NCBI GenBank assembly: GCA_963663475.2
Contig: CAXXJV010000001.1
Coordinates: 576,001-640,000 of the forward strand
Origin: Candidatus Cloacimonadales bacterium
GTDB lineage: Bacteria > Cloacimonadota > Cloacimonadia > Cloacimonadales > JAFGVF01
Reading direction: 5' to 3'
Length of the DNA stretch: 64,000 nucleotides
The notes under the pieces were generated by a model that saw only the letters and a program-made list of their open reading frames with translations, was not told the DNA's origin and did no database searches. Shown one piece after another: positions 21,859-32,605 of this stretch. The position numbers and the translations under genes are program-made. Positions within the stretch are counted from its first letter, which is position 1. Every line of letters begins with the position of its first letter.

Positions 21859-22218
21859 TTATTTCTCCTTTTCTAGCATTTTTAGTGCATCTTCAACAGA
21901 TACGTCTCCTTGGTCTATCATATCTAAGATATCTAAACCTTTAGGCTTTTGTAAATCAGTGCCTGTTAAGACCTTTACAATCTCTGATAACCTGTTCTTT
22001 ACTGTTGGATAGGATATACCTAACCGCTTCTCTACTTCTTTAATTGAACCATGAGATACCAAAAAAACTTTGATAAATTCAATTTGCTCACTACTTAGTT
22101 CACCAAATCCGTTTTGTTGGAAGTGACCCTCTATTTTGGTAGAGCAATTACTGCATTCATAGCGAGTAATTAATAGTTCACCTTCACAAACAGGACATTT
22201 TGTTAAATTTCTTTTCAT
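21859..22218 (-). CDS. DUF2089 family Zn-ribbon/HTH protein
   Basis: CPVC...CSNC, GSIKEVEKRLGISYPTVKNRL, SHOCT-like tail. Confidence 0.88.
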   Translation of the reverse strand: MKRNLTKCPVCEGELLITRYECSNCSTKIEGHFQQNGFGELSSEQIEFIKVFLVSHGSIKEVEKRLGISYPTVKNRLSEIVKVLTGTDLQKPKGLDILDMIDQGDVSVEDALKMLEKEK

Positions 22219-22472
22219 ATTCACCTCATGTCCAATATTTATCTCAAATAAATTATGTCAAGCTTTATATTAATATTTTTAATATTGGTATTAATTATTT
22301 TAATCTTAAACCTATTTTTGACTAAATATACTCATATTTCACCTCTTATCTTTAACTGTGTAATTTTTCTTTTTTTAACCTTTATTCAATATCAAAAAAA
22401 AATAGCTTTACAGTTTTTTTTCATTTGAGTAAATTAGGTATGAGAGAATTTATTAACTGAATTGAGGATTAT

Positions 22473-23819
22473 ATGCAAAAACTTTTGGTACTAAATTTAG
22501 TAAAACATGATGCTTTTATTGAGGCTCTAACAAAAGAATCCCTTTTGATAAAGCTAATAACAGTTGAAGAATATCAGTTATTAGATAAAGTACACTTAGT
22601 TTTTACTGACCTTACGAACCTTGTTCACCTTAATCGAAAAAAAAGCTCTAATATTATTGGAGTAACCTATAAGCCTAACGACTTAGTATCATTCTACGAT
22701 AATGATATTTTCACAACAATTCCTCACGATATTGAAACTGCAACCCTCCATTCCTTACTTTCAAAGTATATAACCCTCCATAGCATTGAAATGTTAAAAA
22801 GCACTTTCAAAAATTATAAGTATTATGCTTTTGATGATTTCATATATTATGCAGATAGTGTTTTTATGCACAGTACTTTAGGAATTGCCTTTCTTACCAG
22901 CAAGTTAACCTTACTGCTCTTTAACCCTACTTTTGCTGAATCATTCCATAACATTTACTACAATAGACCAATTTTAGGAGAAGTAATTACCAAAAACTTT
23001 AGTCTTAAAGATAATTCTTTTTGGGAAGAAATATCCCAGCAAGCATCTTCTTTTAAAGGCAGATCTTTGGAAGTTGCTGGTAAGTGGAAAGATGCAAGCA
23101 AGCACTACAATATGCGGGTTAGTCCTATCTACAAGCAAAACCACATGATTGGATATTCGGTAATCATCGAGGATATTAGTAAATTTACTAATGCAAATGC
23201 TGATTTAAAGCGCTATTATAAGTATTTACTTGATCAGAATACTAGGCTAGAAAAAGCCTATAAAGAAGTTGAATTAAATAACGAAAAACTTAAAGTAGCA
23301 TATGAAAAAGTTAATGCTCTTTCCAACAGAGACTATCTTACCCAAGCTCCAAATCGAAAATTCTTCTTAGAGAAAATAGAATATGAACAGCTTAGATTCA
23401 AGCGAACGAAAAATTCTTTTATCTTAGCCTATGGTGATATTGATGATTTTAAATTGGTTAATGATACTTATGGCCATGAAACAGGGGATTATGTCTTAAT
23501 AAGCCTAACCAATATTATAAAAAATGCTATCCGTAACATTGATTTCTTTTGCAGATGGGGTGGTGAAGAGTTTTTAATCTTTTTAGCAGAATCAAATATA
23601 GAGCTTGGAAAGCAAATTGTAGAAAGAATATTAAATCAAATCAGGGACTTTAATTTCAATTATAATGGGAATATAATCCATATCACCATGACTTTTGGAC
23701 TAGCGGTCTATGATAAAGATCAACATATCAATCAAATCATAGACCAAGCAGACCAAAAACTTTACTGGGGTAAGAATCATAATAAGAATCAAATAGTAGA
23801 TTATATTCCAGCAGAATAG
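22473..23819 (+). CDS. Diguanylate cyclase (PAS-like, coiled coil, GGEEF)
   Basis: DIDDFKLVNDTYGH, RNID I-site, RWGGEEF. Confidence 0.9.
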   Translation: MQKLLVLNLVKHDAFIEALTKESLLIKLITVEEYQLLDKVHLVFTDLTNLVHLNRKKSSNIIGVTYKPNDLVSFYDNDIFTTIPHDIETATLHSLLSKYITLHSIEMLKSTFKNYKYYAFDDFIYYADSVFMHSTLGIAFLTSKLTLLLFNPTFAESFHNIYYNRPILGEVITKNFSLKDNSFWEEISQQASSFKGRSLEVAGKWKDASKHYNMRVSPIYKQNHMIGYSVIIEDISKFTNANADLKRYYKYLLDQNTRLEKAYKEVELNNEKLKVAYEKVNALSNRDYLTQAPNRKFFLEKIEYEQLRFKRTKNSFILAYGDIDDFKLVNDTYGHETGDYVLISLTNIIKNAIRNIDFFCRWGGEEFLIFLAESNIELGKQIVERILNQIRDFNFNYNGNIIHITMTFGLAVYDKDQHINQIIDQADQKLYWGKNHNKNQIVDYIPAE

Positions 23820-24604
23820 CTATTATAAATCTCCATTAACTTTCTTAATCTATCTGTAGATATATTATTTTCCCAATAACCATCCTCTTTAAAATATGAT
23901 CCGATAATAAGTCCATCAGCATATTTTAAATAAGAAAGTAAATTTTCAGCATTTATTCCTGAACCTATTAAGACAGGCAATTTAACATGCTTCTTAACAG
24001 CTTTTAATTCTTCATAATCAGCACTTTTCCCAGTAGAAGAACCAGTAATAATCAAACCATCGCTGGCAAAAAACTGAGCTGCTTGAGCAGTTTCAACAAT
24101 ATCTATATCAGAAGTTATAGCATGGGCTGAATGCTTTTTCTTAATATCAGTGATCACTTTCACATTATCAGCTGCTAAAGATTTTCTATATCTTAAGAGT
24201 TGACCAGCACAAGAGTTCATTAGGCCTTCATCTGCTACATGAGAAAAGACAAAGCCCTCAGCTCTAATGAAGTCTGCTCCAGAACAGAAGGCTGCAGCAA
24301 GGGCTTCTTGGTTAGCTCCTGCTAAGATCTGAATACCTAGTTTAAGATCTAATCTCTTCTTTAGTTCATAAGCAATAATTGCCATAGCAGCAGTAATTTC
24401 AGGTCCTACTTTACCATTGAGATAGGGTATATCATGCATATTTTCAATTATTACCGTATCAATCCCATTCTCAAGATAAGTCTCAGCTTCCCTAAGAGTG
24501 AAGTCTATTATTTGAGTCATCTTTAACTTATTTTTTGGTACCCCAGGCAAGGCTTGCACATGTAGCATACCAATAATAGTCTTGTTAAATATTAAATCAG
24601 CCAT
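23801..24604 (-). CDS. BtpA/SgcQ family protein
   Basis: IGMLHVQALPG, IIENMHDIPY, DIKKKHS, LIGSG. Confidence 0.9.
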   Translation of the reverse strand: MADLIFNKTIIGMLHVQALPGVPKNKLKMTQIIDFTLREAETYLENGIDTVIIENMHDIPYLNGKVGPEITAAMAIIAYELKKRLDLKLGIQILAGANQEALAAAFCSGADFIRAEGFVFSHVADEGLMNSCAGQLLRYRKSLAADNVKVITDIKKKHSAHAITSDIDIVETAQAAQFFASDGLIITGSSTGKSADYEELKAVKKHVKLPVLIGSGINAENLLSYLKYADGLIIGSYFKEDGYWENNISTDRLRKLMEIYNSYSAGI

Positions 24605-25656
24605 TAGAGCAGTTTCTCATCATTTTCTTTAAGATACTCTACAACTTTTTTTACTTCTTCCGAACGTTCTTTCTTAGCTAGCAATATGGCATCTTCAGTT
24701 TCTACTAAGACCATATCCTCTACCCCAATCAGAGATACAAATTTCTTAGTCCTAATATAGTTACCCTGAGAGTCAATCACAAAGGATTTACCTACTATAG
24801 TATTCTTATTATTATCGCTTGGTGAAACATCTGCTAGTGCTCTCCAAGAACCGACATCACTCCAGCCTAAATCAACAGGAATAACTGCTCGTTTTTCAGC
24901 CTTTTCCATAATCCCGATATCAACTGGAATCTTGGGCATTTGAGAGTATATTTCTGATATATCAGCAGACTCTCCGCTTTTATTCCATTCAGCTTCTATT
25001 AAATCTAAAACTTTAGTAACCTGGGGCAAGAATTTCTGATATGTTTCCTCAATAGTACCTAATGTCCAAGAAAACATTCCACTATTCCAGAAGAAGTTTC
25101 CAGCTTTCAAAAATTCTTGAGCAGTTTCATAATTAGGTTTTTCTTTAAATTGTGCTACTTGATAAGAAAAATCATTTTCTTTATCACCAGCTTGAATATA
25201 ACCATAACCAGTAGCAGGATAAGTAGGAATAATCCCGAAAGTAACCAAGTTTCCACCCCTTGCTAACTCTTGTGATTTGTTAATGTTTTCCCAGAAGACA
25301 TCAACTTTTGTGATTAGATGGTCAGCAGGAACAACTATCATTGTTTCAGTTAGAGCAGCAAACCTTTTGATATAGGCATAAGAAAGAGCAATACAAGGTG
25401 CTGTATTCATCCCAAATGGTTCAATAATTATATTTTTAGAAGGTAAGTCAGGTAAGTGTTTTTTAACTAATTTAACCTGTGATTCTGCTGTGACTACAAA
25501 AATCTTTTCTTTGGGTAACTCTTCAAGAAGTCTATCCATGGTTAATCTAATCATCGATTTATCACCCACTACATCTAAAAACTGTTTTGGTTTAGCCATT
25601 CTGCTTTGAGGCCAAAATCTTGTTCCTGAACCACCAGCCATTATTACAGCAATCAT
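24604..25656 (-). CDS. manC: Mannose-1-phosphate guanylyltransferase
   Basis: IMAGGSGTRFWPQSR, PADH, TGYGYI, WNSGMF, WSDVGSW. Confidence 0.92.
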   Translation of the reverse strand: MIAVIMAGGSGTRFWPQSRMAKPKQFLDVVGDKSMIRLTMDRLLEELPKEKIFVVTAESQVKLVKKHLPDLPSKNIIIEPFGMNTAPCIALSYAYIKRFAALTETMIVVPADHLITKVDVFWENINKSQELARGGNLVTFGIIPTYPATGYGYIQAGDKENDFSYQVAQFKEKPNYETAQEFLKAGNFFWNSGMFSWTLGTIEETYQKFLPQVTKVLDLIEAEWNKSGESADISEIYSQMPKIPVDIGIMEKAEKRAVIPVDLGWSDVGSWRALADVSPSDNNKNTIVGKSFVIDSQGNYIRTKKFVSLIGVEDMVLVETEDAILLAKKERSEEVKKVVEYLKENDEKLL

Positions 25657-25677
25657 TTTAACTCCTTTGTAGTTATA

Positions 25678-26319
25678 TTAGTTTCTATAATCAATAATTT
25701 GTGTATCTTCGTTTGTTTCTATTAGCCAATAATCTTCATCATCAGGGCTTTTATTTAAAAGTATGTTGGAAAAGCTGATGTTGACCTTATTGTTGGAGAA
25801 ATCACCATACTGAAGTCTTTCTATTAAGCTAGTACTTTTACTAACTTCAAATTCGATCTGATTAATATTAGCAAGGGAATTACTTTCAGTAAGCTCAATA
25901 CTTACATTATAAGATTTGTCTAGCTCTTGAATATTAACCTTATCAGCATCCCACACCTTTTTTATAAGATATTCTAAATTTAAAGATACAAATGATGAAT
26001 CAGCATAAGTAATAATAAGTCTATCTTCTTGCGATTGATAAATATAAATCACACTATCATGCAAAGAAATTGTTTCTTTATTAGGTGAGAAATAAGCAAT
26101 GTGGAGATTGTTCTTATCAAAATATATCTTTCCTTGAGATTCTGTAGTGTGGTCAAGATCAGAAAAATAAGAACTACTTTCCATATCAGCTATAAAACTG
26201 GTAATTTCATCATACTTAGTAGTTATTTTCTCATATAAATCCTGAGAAGAAATTCCCCATAATAGCGCAGTCATATTACTCAGAACTAGTAATAATATGT
26301 AAATTTTATTCGATACCAT
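25678..26319 (-). CDS. lolA: Outer-membrane lipoprotein carrier LolA-like
   Basis: Signal peptide and LolA-like pattern (QGKIYF...IAYFSP); directly downstream of ftsK, a conserved synteny. Confidence 0.7.
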   Translation of the reverse strand: MVSNKIYILLLVLSNMTALLWGISSQDLYEKITTKYDEITSFIADMESSSYFSDLDHTTESQGKIYFDKNNLHIAYFSPNKETISLHDSVIYIYQSQEDRLIITYADSSFVSLNLEYLIKKVWDADKVNIQELDKSYNVSIELTESNSLANINQIEFEVSKSTSLIERLQYGDFSNNKVNISFSNILLNKSPDDEDYWLIETNEDTQIIDYRN

Positions 26320-28720
26320 ATATCTTTAAATCCTCTAAGCTAGCAATTACCTCACGTGATTTAGACCCCTTATGCGGTCCTACAATATTAGCTTGTTCTA
26401 GCATATCTATTAATCTACCTGCTCTAGCATAGCCTATTTTAAAAGACCTCTGAAGCATAGAAACAGAAGCAACATCAGAAGTTACAACTAATCTAGCAGC
26501 TTCTACAAATAAATCATCATCATAATCAAAAGCTTCAGCATCTTCTGGATTTGTGACTATTTTTTCCATTCTAAAGGCAGGTTTGGGTTGTGTTTCTAAA
26601 TATTCAATGATTTCATTAATCTCATTATCAGATACATAAGCACCATGTATTCTTTGAATCTTACTAGTTCCAGGTGGTACAAAGAGCATATCCCCCTTAC
26701 CAAGAAGTTTCTCTGCTCCCATTTCATCTAAGATAACTCTAGAGTCCACACGAGAAGAAACTTGGAAGGCTATTCTTGCTGGGAAATTAGCCTTAATTAC
26801 ACCTGTGATAACCTTCATAGAAGGTCTCTGGGTAGCTAGAATAATATGCATTCCTACTGCTCTTGCCATTTGGGCTAATCTAGTTATTGGAACTTCAATT
26901 TCCTTACCAGCAGTCATTATTAAATCAGCAAACTCATCTACGATAATCACGATATAAGGCATCTTGTCATATTCAGGACTTTCATCTTTCTTAAGCTTAC
27001 TATTAAGTTTCTCAACTTTCTTATTATAACTAGCCATCTCTCTTACTTTAAGTTCTTGTAACTGGCCATACCGTCTTTCCATCTCTTCTACAGCCCATTT
27101 AAAGGTTTCTAAGACTTCTTCTGGGTCAGTAACCACATCAGTCCAAAGATGAGGAATACTGCCATATCCAGCTAATTCTACTCGTTTAGGGTCTATTAGA
27201 ATCATTCTAACTTCATCAGGGGTAGTTCTAACTAAAAGATTTAAGATGATTGTGTTAATACAAACTGATTTACCAGAACCTGTCGCACCTGCTATTAAAA
27301 GATGGGGCATTTTAGCTAAATCAGCAACTACAGCTCTTCCTGAAATATCTTTTCCTAAACCTATAGCAAGTTTGCTATCATTTTTCTGCATTTCTTCTGA
27401 TAACATAATCTCTTTGAGATAAATTATATCTCTATGCTTATTAGGTATTTCAATTCCTACCAAACCTCTACCTGGGATAGGGGCTTGAATTCTTATGGAA
27501 GTAGCTTTAAGGGCAAGACCTAAATCATCCGCATAAGAGGTGAACTTATTAACTTTTACACCTGGGGCTGGCTTTAATTCATACTGGGTAATTATTGGAC
27601 CAATATTGACATTTACAACCTCAGCTTCAATTCCAAATTCAGCTAGCTTCTCTTTGAGAATAATACTAGTCCTCTTGATATTTGCTTCTATTTCATTTTT
27701 ATCATAATCAGTAATTCGTTTATCAATCTTTAAAAATTTATCAATATTAGGCTTAACATATTTTTCTGTCTGCCCCATTTCCCCTTCAATTACGGAAGCT
27801 TTAGGCCGTTTAACAGAAACTAGCTTTGCTTGTTCAAACTGATTTATCTTAAAGTTATCATCATCATCTTTACTTGCTTTAGACTTATCTTTCTTATTAA
27901 AACTTGGACTATCTTCTAAAGGGTCCTCAGAATCTTTTATAAAATCTTGGTGATTATTAATTGCAATTTCAGGACTTTTCTCTTCTTGCTTATGCTTGGC
28001 AGAATCTTGACTAAGTATCTCCTGCTTATCTCTACGATCAGCTTTTATCTCAGGATCATGACCTTCATCACTATCATCATCTTCTTCATTTTTACGGAAG
28101 AAAGGAAATAAGAGAGCCTTTCCTACTGCAATGAAAGTAGTTTTAACTGGATCCCAACCAAATATTAAGAGTATATCAAGAATAAGAGTAATTATTAGAA
28201 AGGCAGTTGTACCTTTACTCCCAATAATTACAATTAATCCCTGGTTAATTGCTTTTGCTATAATTCCATTAACAACAAGGGGAGCTTGCATGAAGAAATT
28301 GGCTAACAAGAGCTGAATAAAGAAAAAGAAGCCCATAATTAGGGTTATATTATGTCTTAAATCAGACTTTTTATCACCAAACAAAGAAATTAGATTCTTA
28401 ATTATAAAGCCTAACATAAAAATCATTACTAAGTAGTGACCTGCCAACCAAGACAAACCATAACCAACACTTGCCCCTAGTAAACCAACATTATTGTTCA
28501 AGGCAAGATCACCATTAAAAATAGACCAGAAGCCATCTACTTCAATTTTCTGATTTATTAAGTTAATATCACTACTTAGATCAGAGTTATCAATAATTAA
28601 GGCATAGATAATCAGAGAGCAAAAAATGATAGCAAAAACTCTTAAAACCTTTAATAAAAATGCTCTATATTGATTATTATTTGTCTTTACGACTTCTTTC
28701 TTCTTTTTCTTTTTTGCCAT
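26306..28720 (-). CDS. ftsK: DNA translocase FtsK
   Basis: N-terminal TMs, PHLLIAGATGSGKS, DEFADL, ATQRPS, gamma domain LQRSFKIGYARAGRLID. Confidence 0.96.
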   Translation of the reverse strand: MAKKKKKKEVVKTNNNQYRAFLLKVLRVFAIIFCSLIIYALIIDNSDLSSDINLINQKIEVDGFWSIFNGDLALNNNVGLLGASVGYGLSWLAGHYLVMIFMLGFIIKNLISLFGDKKSDLRHNITLIMGFFFFIQLLLANFFMQAPLVVNGIIAKAINQGLIVIIGSKGTTAFLIITLILDILLIFGWDPVKTTFIAVGKALLFPFFRKNEEDDDSDEGHDPEIKADRRDKQEILSQDSAKHKQEEKSPEIAINNHQDFIKDSEDPLEDSPSFNKKDKSKASKDDDDNFKINQFEQAKLVSVKRPKASVIEGEMGQTEKYVKPNIDKFLKIDKRITDYDKNEIEANIKRTSIILKEKLAEFGIEAEVVNVNIGPIITQYELKPAPGVKVNKFTSYADDLGLALKATSIRIQAPIPGRGLVGIEIPNKHRDIIYLKEIMLSEEMQKNDSKLAIGLGKDISGRAVVADLAKMPHLLIAGATGSGKSVCINTIILNLLVRTTPDEVRMILIDPKRVELAGYGSIPHLWTDVVTDPEEVLETFKWAVEEMERRYGQLQELKVREMASYNKKVEKLNSKLKKDESPEYDKMPYIVIIVDEFADLIMTAGKEIEVPITRLAQMARAVGMHIILATQRPSMKVITGVIKANFPARIAFQVSSRVDSRVILDEMGAEKLLGKGDMLFVPPGTSKIQRIHGAYVSDNEINEIIEYLETQPKPAFRMEKIVTNPEDAEAFDYDDDLFVEAARLVVTSDVASVSMLQRSFKIGYARAGRLIDMLEQANIVGPHKGSKSREVIASLEDLKIYGIE

Positions 28721-28738
28721 TCATCTCTTCCTTATTTT

Positions 28739-29818
28739 TTATACATTGAATCTAATGTTTAATATATCTCCATCTTTAACAATATATGTTTTTCCTTCTA
28801 GACGGAATAAACCTTTATCACGTAATGCCTTTTCTGAACCTAAAGCTATCAAATCATCATAATTAAAACATTCAGCACGGATAAAACCACGAGCTAAATC
28901 AGAATGTATCTTTCCTGCTGCTTCAACCGCATTTGCCCCTGCTTCAATAGTCCAAGCTCTGACTTCATCACTACCAACAGTAAAGAAAGATAAGTAACCC
29001 AGTATATCATAAGAGAACTTTGTTAATCTATCTCGAGCAGATTCTTCAATTCCCATATCTTCCATAAAGACTTCTTTTTCTTCTTCGTCAAGTCCATTAA
29101 GTTCAGATTCAAACTTACCAGCAAATTCTAATATTGGAAAATTATGGGAAACTTGCTCAATAATTTCTTGATTTTGTCCATACTGATTTTCATCTGTATT
29201 CAAGATTAATAAGAGAGGTTTTTGACTAATAAATTGGAATCCTCTGATAGATTTTTCTTCCTCTTCAGGTAAGTTTAAGCTTCTTAAAGGTTTTTCAGCA
29301 TTTAAATGTTCAATCACACTATTGATAGCCTTTTCCTCAATCTGTAAGGCAGGAGTTTTTATCCCTCTTTTATAGCTAAGTGCTATTTTTTCTAATCTTT
29401 TCTCGGCAATTATAAGGTCAGATATTATCATCTCAGCCTCAATTGTTTCAATCTCTGAAATGGGGTCTGGCTTACCATACATTTCATCCAGCACTGAATC
29501 AGAAAAATTTCTAACTACTAGGGCAAGAGCATCTGTATTCTTAAGTAAAACCATTCCTTGACCTGACATTAGTTCTTGTTTTTGATCGCTTTTATTAACA
29601 CCAGCAAAATCTATATATTCAATGGTTGCATAAACTGTCTTCTTGGGATTATACATGTCTGATAATTTTGTAATTCTCTCATCTACTACATTTATAACCG
29701 CTTGATTTGGTTCTGATTCCCCTTGACTGTAAGCAGATACTTCAATATCCATTCCTGTAAGAGCGTTAAATATTGTCGTTTTACCACTTTTAGGTAATCC
29801 AATTAATCCTATCCTCAT
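28739..29818 (-). CDS. ychF: Ribosome-binding ATPase YchF
   Basis: GLPKSGKTT, EVRAWTI, AAGKIHSDLARGFIRAE, RLEGKTYIVKDGD. Confidence 0.93.
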   Translation of the reverse strand: MRIGLIGLPKSGKTTIFNALTGMDIEVSAYSQGESEPNQAVINVVDERITKLSDMYNPKKTVYATIEYIDFAGVNKSDQKQELMSGQGMVLLKNTDALALVVRNFSDSVLDEMYGKPDPISEIETIEAEMIISDLIIAEKRLEKIALSYKRGIKTPALQIEEKAINSVIEHLNAEKPLRSLNLPEEEEKSIRGFQFISQKPLLLILNTDENQYGQNQEIIEQVSHNFPILEFAGKFESELNGLDEEEKEVFMEDMGIEESARDRLTKFSYDILGYLSFFTVGSDEVRAWTIEAGANAVEAAGKIHSDLARGFIRAECFNYDDLIALGSEKALRDKGLFRLEGKTYIVKDGDILNIRFNV

Positions 29819-29828
29819 ATCCTTTCCT

Positions 29829-30539
29829 CTATTTATCTTTTTTTAAATAATTTATCTCTTGTTTAGTTAAGAAACGCCATTGACCTTGAGGTAATCTACC
29901 CAATTGAATATTACCGATTTGGGTTCTCTTTAGACTTAAGACCTTAAGTTCAACGACTTCCAACATTCTCCTAATTTGTCTTTTACGACCTTCTTTTAAA
30001 ACAAATTTCAGAGCAGTTTTTCTTTCTCCATTTCTTCTAACAAATACACCTGCTGGTTGAGTAATACCATCTCCAATATCGATACCTTGGCGGAGTTGGG
30101 TAAGTTGAGCTTTATTAACATTGCCAGCAACAACAACTTGATAGACCTTTTCTTCTTTGTATCTGGGATGAAGTATCTTATTAATCATCTGTCCATCATT
30201 AGTTAAGAGAAGGAGTCCTTCTGAATCTTTATCTAAACGACCTACAGGCTTAACAAAGTCTAGTTCTGGAGGAATAATAGAATAAACAGTTGATCTATCA
30301 TATTCATCTGACCTAGTCACAACCAGTCCTTTAGGTTTATTCAGCATTAAATATACCAAAGGGATATCTAAATTAATAGCCTTTCCGTCTAAGAGGATTT
30401 TATCCTCAAGTTCTGTAACATCAGTAGCTAAATCGAGGCAGACTTTTCCGTTAACTTTAACTTTCCCTTCTAGGATATACTCCTCAGCTTTTCTTCTTGA
30501 GCAACCTGTGCTCTTAGCTATATACTTATTAATTCTCAT
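29829..30539 (-). CDS. rRNA pseudouridine synthase (RluB/RsuA family)
   Basis: S4 domain (MRINKYIA...SRRKAE), PVGRLDKDSEGLLLLTNDG, EGRKRQIRRM. Confidence 0.93.
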   Translation of the reverse strand: MRINKYIAKSTGCSRRKAEEYILEGKVKVNGKVCLDLATDVTELEDKILLDGKAINLDIPLVYLMLNKPKGLVVTRSDEYDRSTVYSIIPPELDFVKPVGRLDKDSEGLLLLTNDGQMINKILHPRYKEEKVYQVVVAGNVNKAQLTQLRQGIDIGDGITQPAGVFVRRNGERKTALKFVLKEGRKRQIRRMLEVVELKVLSLKRTQIGNIQLGRLPQGQWRFLTKQEINYLKKDK

Positions 30540-31049
30540 TTACCAATCTTCCAATGTATTTTGTATAATTTTAGTAAACAGGTCTTCGTAAATTCCTGTT
30601 TCTGCATCTATTCTATTATCATAATCAGCACTAGTTACAGCATTATTTACAGCATATCTTTTTGCTATTGCTAGATTTTTATTTTCATATAAGACTTTAT
30701 CATTTACCAAATCTGTCATTTTAACAGAAAAGTTCATTTTAACTTGATACTCTTCTACGTTATTAGCAGAATCTGAGCTATAAATAATTTCTTCATAGAA
30801 AATAAGTGAACACTCAAGTAAGACATCCGGACCATCAGTTACAAGTAATAGTCTTCCATCTCTTTGAAAACTATCAGAGAGGTATTCAAAGATATCAATA
30901 TCCAAATCACTTTCTGTAGTTTTATTTTCTACAGGTAGAATTCTCAGCGTTTTTAGATATGGATATTGATTAGTTCTTAGCGAATAAGAGCATCCGAACA
31001 TTGCCATAAGACTAATTACAATAAAAAATTTAATAAATTTCTTGACCAT
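30540..31049 (-). CDS. lptE: LptE-like lipoprotein
   Basis: Lipobox FGC-SYS; LptE-like size and pattern; C-terminal W. Confidence 0.65.
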   Translation of the reverse strand: MVKKFIKFFIVISLMAMFGCSYSLRTNQYPYLKTLRILPVENKTTESDLDIDIFEYLSDSFQRDGRLLLVTDGPDVLLECSLIFYEEIIYSSDSANNVEEYQVKMNFSVKMTDLVNDKVLYENKNLAIAKRYAVNNAVTSADYDNRIDAETGIYEDLFTKIIQNTLEDW

Positions 31050-31160
31050 GTTTGTAAGGTCTATAAATTATTGTATTTGTCAAGTAATAGTTTTTAATTG
31101 TATTTTTTGACATAGAATAAACTAAAATTTTTTAATTATTAACAGATAAACGGAGGAAAG

Positions 31161-31817
31161 ATGGAGAAAAAATTTCTCTCTAAAAGTGAGGCTGCAGAAT
31201 ACTTAAAGATAACTGAAAGTGTAATCGATGAAATGATTTCACAGAAGGTATTTGAAGTAAAGACAGTTGGAAAAAGTATTAAAATTGATGTGAACTCGAT
31301 TGATAGTTGGTTAGAAAGTCTTAATGAACAGGAAGTCATAGACTTAGCAATGAAGAAGACTATTTGTCGTTTTAGAGAATATTTTAGAACAGAATGTATT
31401 TTTTTAGATTTCGAAGCTAAAACTAAATACGAAGCAATTAGGGTAATGTCTGAAAAAGCCAAAGAGTTAAAATTAGTTAAAGATGCACGCTGGCTATATG
31501 AAGTAGTTGTTGCTAGAGAAGAACTTGTATCAACTGCAGTAGGAAATGGAGTAGCTTTATTACACCCTAGGCATCTACATCCTTCTAAGATAAAGAAACC
31601 TACTGTCCTCTTTGGAAGATGTCCTGATGGTGTAGATTTTGATTCTCCAGATGAAAAACCTGTTACTTTATTCTTTATGTTACTTTTACATGATGATAAA
31701 CAACACCTTTTCTCTTTATCTTATTTATCAAAAATCATGCTCAATGAAGATAATATTAAAATTCTTAACAAAACTAATAATATCCAAGAGATTCACAGTC
31801 TCTTAGCAGACATTTAA
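31161..31817 (+). CDS. Excisionase-like HTH fused to a PTS EIIA (PtsN/fructose-type) domain
   Basis: LSKSEAAEYLKI HTH; REELVSTAVGNGVALLHPR keeps the phospho-His; GVDFDSPDEKPV. Confidence 0.85.
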   Translation: MEKKFLSKSEAAEYLKITESVIDEMISQKVFEVKTVGKSIKIDVNSIDSWLESLNEQEVIDLAMKKTICRFREYFRTECIFLDFEAKTKYEAIRVMSEKAKELKLVKDARWLYEVVVAREELVSTAVGNGVALLHPRHLHPSKIKKPTVLFGRCPDGVDFDSPDEKPVTLFFMLLLHDDKQHLFSLSYLSKIMLNEDNIKILNKTNNIQEIHSLLADI

Positions 31818-31855
31818 TTTAGCATTTTAGCTTAATACTTATTTCATTACACTTT

Positions 31856-31890
31856 ATTATAGCGAAATGTTTGGTTCATTTCGCTATAAT
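31856..31890 (+). terminator. Hairpin, probable terminator
   Basis: 14-bp stem ATTATAGCGAAATG/CATTTCGCTATAAT followed by CTTTTATTTT. Confidence 0.65.
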
Positions 31891-31909
31891 CTTTTATTTT
31901 GGAGGTTAA

Positions 31910-32605
31910 ATGCAAGAAATTGAGAAAGATACAAAAGCTTTCCAAGTAGGCCATAAAAGTAGAATCCAAGCAAGATATATGAATGAAAGCCTTGAAAATT
32001 TTCATGCTCATGAGATTTTAGAACTAATCCTTTCAATTACAATTGTTAGAAAAGATACTAAAGTTTTAGCAAAAACACTATTAAATACCTTTGGTGGTTT
32101 AAACTCAGTTATGAATGCCTCAGCTGAGGATTTACAAGAGATTCCAGGTGTTGGACTTAAAACAGCTACCACGATTAAATTATTTAAGGATGTTAATGTT
32201 TATCTCATGCGGGAAAAAATGAATAGAATCCATGTTTTTAAATCTGTTGAATCAGTCCATAATTACCTAATACTTAAGTATAGAGGTGTTAAGAATGAAG
32301 AGTTCAGAGTCCTGTATGTTAATAGTAAGAATATACTCTTAAAAGATGGACTTATTTCTAAAGGGATTTCAACCAAGACTTTAATAGATTTTAGATTAAT
32401 TGCCAAAGAGATATTTAATATTTCAGCAACAGGCATAATTGTTGTTCATAATCATCCATCAGGCGACTGCAAGCCATCAAATCAAGATATTTCTACTACT
32501 AATAATCTTAAGTCTTTCTTAAATCATTTAAATGTACGTTTGCTAGACCATTTTATTGTAGGATATGATGAAATATTTTCTTTTGCTGAAGAGGGACTTC
32601 TGTAA
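31910..32605 (+). CDS. radC: RadC (JAB domain) protein
   Basis: HhH IPGVGLKTA, VHNHPSGDCKPS, LLDHFIVG. Confidence 0.93.
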   Translation: MQEIEKDTKAFQVGHKSRIQARYMNESLENFHAHEILELILSITIVRKDTKVLAKTLLNTFGGLNSVMNASAEDLQEIPGVGLKTATTIKLFKDVNVYLMREKMNRIHVFKSVESVHNYLILKYRGVKNEEFRVLYVNSKNILLKDGLISKGISTKTLIDFRLIAKEIFNISATGIIVVHNHPSGDCKPSNQDISTTNNLKSFLNHLNVRLLDHFIVGYDEIFSFAEEGLL

